From Gaiellaceae bacterium (GTDB lineage Bacteria > Actinomycetota > Thermoleophilia > Gaiellales > Gaiellaceae), in the NCBI GenBank assembly GCA_051986525.1, contig JBPYFE010000108.1, positions 1-42,831 of the forward strand: a stretch of DNA of 42,831 nt, read 5' to 3'. The notes under the pieces were generated by a model that searched no databases, was not told the DNA's origin, and saw only the letters and a list, made by a program, of their open reading frames with translations. Position numbers and translations under genes: made by a program. Of the stretch, positions 23,853 through 31,275 are shown piece by piece. The stretch's first letter is position 1. Every line of letters starts with the position of its first letter.

Positions 23853-24307
23853 TGGCCGTCGAGCAGCGATCGAAACAGGACCTGAACCGCGAGCTGATCG
23901 AGCTTCTGAACGAGCTGCGCGTCGCCTTGCCCGGCGTTCAGGTGCTGTTCGGGTTCCTGCTCGCGGTGCCGTTCGCGAACGGCTGGCGACGGGTGACGGA
24001 CTTTCAGCGTGACGTCTACTTCGCGGCCTTTCTCTGCACTGCGGCGGCCACAGCGCTGCTGATCGCACCTTCCGCCTACCACCGCGTCCGCTGGCGCGAC
24101 CACGACAAGGAGAAGATTCTCGAGGTCGGCAACCGGATGATGATCGCCGGCCTGGCGATGCTCGGGCTCGCGATCTCGGCCTCGGTCTTCCTGATCACGG
24201 ACATCCTCTTCGGACTCTGGGAAGCGGTGCTCGTGGCGTCGTTGGTCGCCCTCGGCTTCGCGTGGCTCTGGTACGGGTTGCCGCTCTGGCGCGACGCCCG
24301 CGACTAG
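23852..24307 (+). CDS. DUF6328-like membrane protein
   Basis: 151-aa ORF. ATG 23852 shares one nt with the cofE stop (TGATG). It contains ELLNELRVALPGVQVLFGFLLAVPF and APSAYHRV, with 3-4 TM helices. The family call is by eye. Confidence 0.7.
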   Translation: MAVEQRSKQDLNRELIELLNELRVALPGVQVLFGFLLAVPFANGWRRVTDFQRDVYFAAFLCTAAATALLIAPSAYHRVRWRDHDKEKILEVGNRMMIAGLAMLGLAISASVFLITDILFGLWEAVLVASLVALGFAWLWYGLPLWRDARD

Positions 24308-25278
24308 CTCTGTCTTGCGCCGCGGCGGTGGAGGGCCAGCCCGGTCAGGATCTCGCGGACGATCCGGTCGGCGACCAGGGCGGTGATGTCGGAGGAGCCG
24401 GGGGCCGTCGGGATCACCTCGACGATGTCGGCGCCGACGATTCGCAGCCGCTGCGCGACGGTGCGACACGCCCAGAGGAGGTCGGCGCTCGTCATCCCGC
24501 CGGGCTCCGGGGTCCCGGTGCCGGGCGCAAAGGCTGGATCGAGCACGTCGACGTCGACCGTGAGGAAGGTCGGCCCGTCGCCGAGGATTTCCACCGTTCG
24601 CTCGACGACCGCCCGAATGCCCTGCTCGCGCACGTCGTGCATGAAGAAGCTCGTGATCCCGCGCTCGGCCTGCCAGCCGAACTCCGCCGGCCCGGGCCAG
24701 TAGCCGCGCAGCCCGATCTGGACATAGCGCCGAGGGTCGACATGTCCCTGCTCGACGAGCCGGTACATCGGCGTCCCGTGCGAGACCTCGACGCCGAAGA
24801 CCTCCGTTCCCGTATCCGTGTGGGTGTCGAAATGCACCAGGCCGACCGGGCCGTGCGCCGCCGCGACCGCGCGGATGTCCGGCTCCGCGATCGAATGGTC
24901 GCCGCCGAGGACGATCGGGATCGCACCCGCCGCCAGGACCTCCCCGACGGTGCGCTCGATCGCCGCGTGCGTTCGCGGGGGATCCGCCGGCAGCACGGGC
25001 GCGTCGCCGTAGTCGACGAGCTTCAGCTCGGCCATCGGATCGACTTTCGCCTCGAGATGCGGGCCGGGCGGGCAGGACGCCGCCCGGATCGCCCGCGGCC
25101 CGAAGCGGGTGCCGGGCCGGTCCGAGACAAGGTCGTCGGTTGGCGCGCCGACGATCGCCACGTCCACGTCGGCGAGCTCGGCCGGGTCCTGCGTGTAGGG
25201 CAGCGTCCCGAACGTCAGCAGCCCCGCGTAGTCGGGCTTCTCGCCGTACTCGCGCCAGCGCTCGAGGGGGTCGATCAC
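24304..25278 (-). CDS. speB: Agmatinase-family ureohydrolase
   Basis: 324-aa ORF. GTG 25278 overlaps the upstream stop (GTGA). The Mn-site motifs are GGDHS, VHFDTHTD and TVDVDVLDPAFAPGTGTPEPGG. The substrate (agmatine versus another guanidino compound) cannot be told from sequence. Confidence 0.85.
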   Translation of the reverse strand: MIDPLERWREYGEKPDYAGLLTFGTLPYTQDPAELADVDVAIVGAPTDDLVSDRPGTRFGPRAIRAASCPPGPHLEAKVDPMAELKLVDYGDAPVLPADPPRTHAAIERTVGEVLAAGAIPIVLGGDHSIAEPDIRAVAAAHGPVGLVHFDTHTDTGTEVFGVEVSHGTPMYRLVEQGHVDPRRYVQIGLRGYWPGPAEFGWQAERGITSFFMHDVREQGIRAVVERTVEILGDGPTFLTVDVDVLDPAFAPGTGTPEPGGMTSADLLWACRTVAQRLRIVGADIVEVIPTAPGSSDITALVADRIVREILTGLALHRRGARQS

Positions 25279-26897
25279 GCGCGTAGTGTCTCAAGCCGCT
25301 CGCGGACGAGCTCGCCCGCGGCGCCCGCGCTCTGCGGATGGCCGGTCACGGCGGCGAGGAAGGGCGCCTTCGCGAGCGAGTAGAGGCGTGAATCCGTCGC
25401 CGCGACGACCGTCGCCGTCCGCGGCACGTCTTCGAGCAGTGCGATCTCACCGAAGACGTCGCCGCGCCGAAGCGTCCGCAGCTGCTCGTCGCGCCTGCTC
25501 ACGTCGAGCCGGCCGTCGGCGACGGCGTAGAACAGCTCGCCCGGCTCGCCCTCTCGAACGACCGCCTCGCCCGCCGGAGCCTCGACGGGCGCCAGGCTCC
25601 GCGCGACCGCTTCGAGCTCCGGTGCGCCGAGCGGCGCGAAGATCGGCATCTGCCGCAGGAGCGACATCTCGACCACCGGCACGTTCGCGTGGCGGTCGAC
25701 GTCGAGCAGCTGGCGTCCGAACGCGAGCAGCGCGGCCGGCAGCAAGATCGCCAGGCCGAGCAGCGCCGCCTTCGTGCCGGCGATCCCGATCAGCGCCGGC
25801 GTCAACAGCGAGCCGACGGCGAGCGCCGCCATCGTCAGCCCTTCGAGGACGCCGAAGACGCGCGCGAGCACGTCCGGCGGCGCCGTCCGCTGCAGGAGCG
25901 TCCGGCCGGCGACGTCGACGACGCTGCGCGCCGCGCCGGCGACCGCGAGCAGGAGGAACGCCCCCGACCTCGTCGGCCAGGCACCCAGGATGGCGAGCGC
26001 GACGCACCAGACCGCGACGCCGGCGGCGAGCGGCGCCAGCAGCCTGGGGCGGCCGACGAGCAGGACGGTCGCCGCGATCCCGATCACGCCTCCGGCGCCG
26101 AAGGCCGCGTTCAGGTAGCCGGCGCCGGACTCGCCCAGGCCGAGCACCGAGATCGCCAGGACGACGTAGAGCACGTCCAGGGCGCCGACGGCGACGAACT
26201 GCGCCGACAGCAAGCCGACCAGCAGGCGTGCGCCGGGCTCCGCCTTCAGCGTCGCGAAGCCCGCGGTCACCTCTTCGCGCGCCGACGCCCCTCCGGCGCC
26301 CGCCGCCGGCGGGCCGTCGACGGTGGAGACGAGCGCGGCCGAGCCGACTACGACAGCGGCCATGACCGCAAAGACCGCGCCCGGACCGCTGACGGCGAGG
26401 ATGACGCCGGTGAGCGCGGGCGCGGCGAGGACGCTGACGCCCTCGATCCAGCCGGAGAGGACGTTCGTCGCCGTCAGCTCGTCGGGCGACCGCGCCAGCG
26501 CCGGGACGGCGACCGCCTGCGTCGGCCGTGTCACGGTCACGGCCGTCGCCGCACAGGCGGCGAGGACGTATGCGACCACCGGAGCCGCGCCGAGCTCGAG
26601 CGCGGTCGCGGTCGCGCCCATCGCGAGCGCCTGCGCGACGTAGCCGAGCGCGAGCACGCGGGTCGGGCGGTAGCGGTCCGCGAGCACGGACGTGAACGGC
26701 GCGGCCAGTCCCGCCGGGACGAGCTGCGCGACGGCGACGAAGCCGGCCGTGGTCGCGCCGCCCTGCTGGTAAGCGAAGACGAGCATCGCGATCCAGACGC
26801 CCCACTCGGCGCTGTTGAAGCCGACGAACGCGAGCTCGATCCTGCGGAGCTCACGGTTCCGGAGCACCGCGGCGAGCACACGCGCCGTGCGGGCCAC
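25275..26897 (-). CDS. MFS transporter (EntS/MFS_3-like) fused to a C-terminal cyclic-nucleotide-binding domain
   Basis: 540-aa ORF. GTG 26897 immediately follows the upstream TGA. About 12 TM helices are followed by a cNMP domain (MPIFAPLGAPELEAV...GDVFGEIALLEDVPRTATVVA). Confidence 0.85.
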   Translation of the reverse strand: MARTARVLAAVLRNRELRRIELAFVGFNSAEWGVWIAMLVFAYQQGGATTAGFVAVAQLVPAGLAAPFTSVLADRYRPTRVLALGYVAQALAMGATATALELGAAPVVAYVLAACAATAVTVTRPTQAVAVPALARSPDELTATNVLSGWIEGVSVLAAPALTGVILAVSGPGAVFAVMAAVVVGSAALVSTVDGPPAAGAGGASAREEVTAGFATLKAEPGARLLVGLLSAQFVAVGALDVLYVVLAISVLGLGESGAGYLNAAFGAGGVIGIAATVLLVGRPRLLAPLAAGVAVWCVALAILGAWPTRSGAFLLLAVAGAARSVVDVAGRTLLQRTAPPDVLARVFGVLEGLTMAALAVGSLLTPALIGIAGTKAALLGLAILLPAALLAFGRQLLDVDRHANVPVVEMSLLRQMPIFAPLGAPELEAVARSLAPVEAPAGEAVVREGEPGELFYAVADGRLDVSRRDEQLRTLRRGDVFGEIALLEDVPRTATVVAATDSRLYSLAKAPFLAAVTGHPQSAGAAGELVRERLETLRA

Positions 26898-28814
26898 TCA
26901 GCGCTCCGCGAGCCGCCGGTGCAGGGTCGTGCGGATGACGCGGTCGACCGCCGGCAGCCGCCCCACGAGCTCCTTCAGGCTGCCGTCGGGGAAGACGAGC
27001 AGGCGCGCCGCCTCGGTGCAGACGACGCTCGCCAGGCGGGGGTACGCGAAGCCCGCGGCCCACTCCAGCGCCGCCATCTCGCCGAAGAAATCGCCGGGCG
27101 CGAGCGCGGCGACGAAGCGGCCCTCGAGGCGAACCTCCGCGGCGCCCTCGAGCAGGACGAAGAAGTCGCGCGAGACGTCCCACGCTTCGATCACGGTCTC
27201 CCCGGTCGCGGCCTCCCGCACCGACGCGAGCCCGGCCGCGACCGCGCGCTCCGCCTCGTCGAGCCCGGCGAAGAGCGGGACCTCGTCGAGCAGCCTCGGG
27301 TCGACGCCGTCCGCGAGCGCGGCGACCGGCGAGTCACCCGTGCTCAGCCAGCTCTGGCGCACGTCCGGATGGCGCTCGTGGAGCGCGACGCCGGCGAACG
27401 CCCCGGGCTCGACCTCCGCCGACTCCAGGAAGTCGAGGACACGGTCGACGTCGGCGGCCGTCGTCGCATGGTTGAGGACGCACAGCCGGATCGCGTAGCG
27501 CCCCCGCAAGCGGGTGGAAGAGACGAGCCCGACTCCGCTGGCTTCGAGCGCGACCGCGAGCCGGCCGTTCTGTTCGTCGACCTCCTCGTCGCCGCCGTCG
27601 AACCGCCGGCGGAAGCAGACGACGCCGAGCGACGGCGGCGCGAGCGGCTCGAAGGCGTCGCTCGCCGAGATCCGCTCGTGCGCCGCCGCCGCGAGGTCGA
27701 GGGCGCTGTCGATCGCGGCACGAAAGGCGCCGGTCCCGAAGTAGCGGAGCGAGACCCAGAGCTTCAGCGCCCGGCTCGTCCTCGTCAGCTGGATCCCGAG
27801 ATCGGCGAAGTTGACCTCGGCGCCGTTGACCGCGGCGTCGGACAGGTAGTCGGGAGTCAGCTCGAACGCGCTGCGCAGCGTCGTGCCGTCGCGGACGAGC
27901 AGGGCGCCGCACTCGAACGGCTGGTAGAGCCACTTGTGCGGGTCGAGCGTGACGGAGTCCGCGAGCTCGATCCCGGCGAGCGCGGCGCGGCCGCGCTCCG
28001 TCAACGCGGCGAAGCCGCCGTAGGCGGCGTCGACGTGGAGCCAGACGCCGTGCTCGCGACAGACGGCGGCGACCTCCGCGAGGGGGTCGACGGCGCCGGT
28101 GTTCGTCGAGCCGCCGGTCGCGGCGACGAGCAGCGGCCGCCGCCCGGCGCGGACGTCCGCCTCCATCGCGCTGCTGAGCATCTCGACGCGGATCCGGAAG
28201 GCTTCGTCGACCGGGATCACGCGCACCTGCTGCGGCTGGAAGCCGAGCACGCGCGCGCTGCGCGCGAGCGACGAGTGCGCCTGGTCCGAGACGTAGACGA
28301 CGAGGTCGTCCGACATCGGGCCGGCGAGCTGCTCGCGCGCGCACGCGAGCGCAGTCATGTTCGCGGCCGAGCCGCCGCTCAGCAGCGTGCCGCTCGCCTC
28401 CGGCGGGAAGCCGATCCAGTCTGCGAACCAGCCGAGCACCTCGAGCTCGACCTGGCTCGGACCGGCCGACTCCATCCAAGAGCCTGCGTAGATGTTGCAG
28501 GCGCTCGCGATGAAGTCGCCGAGCGCGCCGGGCCAGGTGCCTGAGCCCGGGATGAAGGCGAAGAAGCTCGGATGGTCGACGCGGCTTCGGAACGCGAGCA
28601 CGTCGCGCTCGAGCTGCTCCAGAATCGCGTCGAACGGCTGCGGCGACTCCGGCGCGGCCCCGCCTAGACGCTCACGCATCTCCGTCGGCGTGGCGCGCCG
28701 AAGCGGCGGCGCCTCGGCGTCGGTCAGGTGCGCGACGAGCGCGTCGACCGTCCGATATCCGAGCTCCCGCATCGCCTCCGGGTCGAGCCCGAGGGGATCC
28801 CCTGCCCTGGCCAT
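26898..28814 (-). CDS. Group II pyridoxal-phosphate-dependent amino-acid decarboxylase fused to a C-terminal cyclic-nucleotide-binding-like domain
   Basis: This is the real 3' part of ORF 26898-29330, with ATG at 28814. The decarboxylase core shows GGSAANMTAL, HVDAAYGG and SVTLDPHKWLYQP (PLP lysine). The C-terminal ~125 aa show VPLFAGLDEAE...GDFFGEMAALEWAAGFAYPRLASVVC, a cNMP-binding pattern. Confidence 0.85.
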   Translation of the reverse strand: MARAGDPLGLDPEAMRELGYRTVDALVAHLTDAEAPPLRRATPTEMRERLGGAAPESPQPFDAILEQLERDVLAFRSRVDHPSFFAFIPGSGTWPGALGDFIASACNIYAGSWMESAGPSQVELEVLGWFADWIGFPPEASGTLLSGGSAANMTALACAREQLAGPMSDDLVVYVSDQAHSSLARSARVLGFQPQQVRVIPVDEAFRIRVEMLSSAMEADVRAGRRPLLVAATGGSTNTGAVDPLAEVAAVCREHGVWLHVDAAYGGFAALTERGRAALAGIELADSVTLDPHKWLYQPFECGALLVRDGTTLRSAFELTPDYLSDAAVNGAEVNFADLGIQLTRTSRALKLWVSLRYFGTGAFRAAIDSALDLAAAAHERISASDAFEPLAPPSLGVVCFRRRFDGGDEEVDEQNGRLAVALEASGVGLVSSTRLRGRYAIRLCVLNHATTAADVDRVLDFLESAEVEPGAFAGVALHERHPDVRQSWLSTGDSPVAALADGVDPRLLDEVPLFAGLDEAERAVAAGLASVREAATGETVIEAWDVSRDFFVLLEGAAEVRLEGRFVAALAPGDFFGEMAALEWAAGFAYPRLASVVCTEAARLLVFPDGSLKELVGRLPAVDRVIRTTLHRRLAER

Positions 28815-28876
28815 ACCGCCCTGGATACTTCCAGGCGCGCGGGTCACTTTCCAGAGGTAGCGGCCTGGTTTTCGCG

Positions 28877-29539
28877 TCAGGCGCGAGCGCGGCCGAGCAG
28901 GACGCGCGCGAGCCGGACCTCGGCCGCGGAGAGGCTCTGCTTCGCAGCCGCAGGACCGACGACCGTCAGCGTCAGCTCGGTTCGGCTGCGGCCGACGAGG
29001 ACGATGTCCATCAGCGCGAGCGCACGGCGCCCCTGTGCGCGCACCGCGAGGATCGCGCGGAACCGGCTGGTGAACGGCGCGATCGGCGCGAAGCCCGTGT
29101 GCCCGAACGAGACGAGGCTCTCGCTCGGCGGCAGGCCGGCGACGAGCGTGTGGCGGAGGCAGGCGAGCGTTCCGCCCGAGACGACGGTCCGGCGCCAGTC
29201 CGCGGCGACCATCTTCCGCGTCCGGAGCACCTGCGCGTCGCTCCGCAGGTTGACGCCCGAGTTGCTGAAGTCGCTCGCGGCGGCACCGGTGAGGACGAGG
29301 TCGGACTGCTTCGGGTTGTAGCCCGGGCACGACGGGCCTGCGCCGGTGGACGGCTTCACCGCTCCGCCGGCCCAGGCGGAGGAGCCGAGGTCCGCCTTCC
29401 GGATCGCGGCCGCCCGCGCAGCGGCCTGGTCGGCGGCGTTGATCCGTACCTGCTCGTGGTCGCCCGCCGGCGCCGAGCTTCCGCCCGGAGCGAGGACGAG
29501 CGTCGTGAGGAGAACGGCGGCGAGGGCGGCTCGCTTCAT
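28877..29539 (-). CDS. Secreted hypothetical protein
   Basis: 220-aa ORF with ATG at 29539. It has an N-terminal signal peptide (MKRAALAAVLLTTLVLAPGGSSA) and high GC3. I recognise no family. Confidence 0.6.
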   Translation of the reverse strand: MKRAALAAVLLTTLVLAPGGSSAPAGDHEQVRINAADQAAARAAAIRKADLGSSAWAGGAVKPSTGAGPSCPGYNPKQSDLVLTGAAASDFSNSGVNLRSDAQVLRTRKMVAADWRRTVVSGGTLACLRHTLVAGLPPSESLVSFGHTGFAPIAPFTSRFRAILAVRAQGRRALALMDIVLVGRSRTELTLTVVGPAAAKQSLSAAEVRLARVLLGRARA

Positions 29540-29609
29540 AGTGGTCCGAATATCGCCTGGACCGGCCAGTGCGGCGATGACCCGAACGAGGGATCCGCGC
29601 GAGTCTCCG

Positions 29610-31232
29610 CTACGCGGAGCTCAGGCGCTCGGCGGCGACGGCGTGCGTCGCCGCATGCACCGCCGAGTGGCCGGTGACCGCGACGAGGAAGTCGTCACGC
29701 TCGAGCGCGTACAAGCGCGACGCCGTTACGGCGCGCACGGTCGCCGTGCGCGGCATGTCGCGGAGCAGGGCGACCTCGCCGAAGAAGTCGCCCGGGCCGC
29801 TCGTCGAGTGCACGCCGCCGGCGTCGACATCGAGCTCGCCCTCGTCGACGACGTAGAACCGATCGCCGAGGTCACCGGAGCGGATCACGATCTCGTCGCG
29901 CGCGACCGGGACCGAGACGAGCCGGCTCGCGACGTGCTCCTTCGCCGCGACCGAGAGCGGCGCGAAGATCCGCACCCGGTCGACCAGCGCGAGCTCGGGG
30001 CCGGGAGCCGCGACGCGGTCGATCGCCGCCAGCCGGCGCCAGACCGAGAGCACGAGCACCGGCAGGATCGCGCCGACGGCGGCGAAGGCCGCCCGCGCGC
30101 CGACGGCGTCGACGATCACGGGCGCGACGACCGATCCGAGCGCGACCGCGCCCATGACCAGTCCCCAGGCGACTCCGAGGACGCGCATGAGCACGTGGTC
30201 GGGGACGATGCGCTGGAGGAGCGTGAAGGCGGCGACGTCCTCGAGGCTGTTCGCCGCGCCGACGACCGCGAGCATCACGACCGCAAAGGGAAGCGAGGGC
30301 CGGACGGCGACGAGAGCAATCGGGATCCCCCAGAATGCGACCGCGATTCCGAGCGGCGTTCCCAGCCGCTTGCCTTCCAGCATGAGCGCGGCGAGCGCTC
30401 CGACGAGCCCGCCGGCGCCCAGCGCCGCGGCCATGTAGCCGACGGCGGCGTCGCCGCCGCCGAACAGCCGGAAGGCGGCGACCACGATCAGCACGTTGAG
30501 GCAGCCGCGCACGAATCCCTGCGCCGTGATCAGGCCGACTACCAGCCGCGGCTGCGCGTCGGAAGCGAGTGCTCCGAAGCCCCCGAGAACGAGCTCGCGG
30601 GGGCTTGCGTCGGAGGCCGTGACCTGGATCAGTCCCTCGACGGCGATCCGCGAGAGCAGCAACGCGGCGACGACAAACGCAGCCGCCGCCGCCAGGAACA
30701 CCGCGCCCGCGTCGGCCGTCGCCACGAGCGTCCCGGCGACGAGCGGCCCGACGAGCGTGCCGACGCTCTCGATCGTCGAGGTCGCGCCGTTGGACGCGAT
30801 GAGCTCTTCGGGCGTCCGCGCGAGCGAGGGGAGGATCGCCTGGAGGGCGGGCCGGAACAGCGTCGTTGTCACTCCGACCACGCCCGCGAGCGCGAAGACG
30901 GCCGCGACGTTTCCGCCGAGGTAGAACGCGCCGGCCGAAGCTGCGAGCGCGAGTGCGCCCGTCAGCGAGATCACGACGAGGAACCGTTCCCGTCGGAACC
31001 GGTCGCCCAGCGTCGCCGCGAACGGAGCGACGAGCGCCGCGGGCAGCATCCGCGCCAGCCCGGCGATCCCGACGGCCGCCGGCCCGCCGGCGTCGTAGGC
31101 GAAGACGCCGAGGGCGACGAAGTGCGCCCATTCCGCCGCGATCGAGGCGCCCCAGGCCAGCTCGACGCGACGGAGGTTCTCGTTCCGGAAGACAGACCGC
31201 AGCGCGCCGAGCGCTTGTGCCAAAGCGCTCAC
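29610..31232 (-). CDS. MFS transporter fused to a C-terminal cyclic-nucleotide-binding domain (divergent paralog of 25275-26897)
   Basis: 540-aa ORF with the same architecture. cNMP motifs: VRIFAPLSVAAKEHV...GDFFGEVALLRDMPRTATVRA. Confidence 0.85.
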   Translation of the reverse strand: MSALAQALGALRSVFRNENLRRVELAWGASIAAEWAHFVALGVFAYDAGGPAAVGIAGLARMLPAALVAPFAATLGDRFRRERFLVVISLTGALALAASAGAFYLGGNVAAVFALAGVVGVTTTLFRPALQAILPSLARTPEELIASNGATSTIESVGTLVGPLVAGTLVATADAGAVFLAAAAAFVVAALLLSRIAVEGLIQVTASDASPRELVLGGFGALASDAQPRLVVGLITAQGFVRGCLNVLIVVAAFRLFGGGDAAVGYMAAALGAGGLVGALAALMLEGKRLGTPLGIAVAFWGIPIALVAVRPSLPFAVVMLAVVGAANSLEDVAAFTLLQRIVPDHVLMRVLGVAWGLVMGAVALGSVVAPVIVDAVGARAAFAAVGAILPVLVLSVWRRLAAIDRVAAPGPELALVDRVRIFAPLSVAAKEHVASRLVSVPVARDEIVIRSGDLGDRFYVVDEGELDVDAGGVHSTSGPGDFFGEVALLRDMPRTATVRAVTASRLYALERDDFLVAVTGHSAVHAATHAVAAERLSSA

Positions 31233-31275
31233 ATGCGATTCAGAACAGCTGCCGGAGCGAAAGTCAACCGCGCGG

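Noticed and set aside
25689-28544. A 951-aa plus-strand ORF antisense to the MFS-cNMP and decarboxylase genes. The similar ORFs 25286-26365 and 25447-26805 fall in the same category.
   Set aside because: The composition is low-complexity and R/D/E/G/A-rich, and there are no recognisable motifs. The opposite-strand genes carry clear family signatures and proper coupling. This is the typical antisense ORF of a very GC-rich genome.
25275-31232. The possibility that the two 540-aa MFS-cNMP genes are a recent tandem-type duplication or a repeat usable for recombination.
   Set aside because: The identical length is a coincidence. The protein sequences are only distantly similar by eye, and I could find no extended nucleotide identity. 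They are old paralogs.
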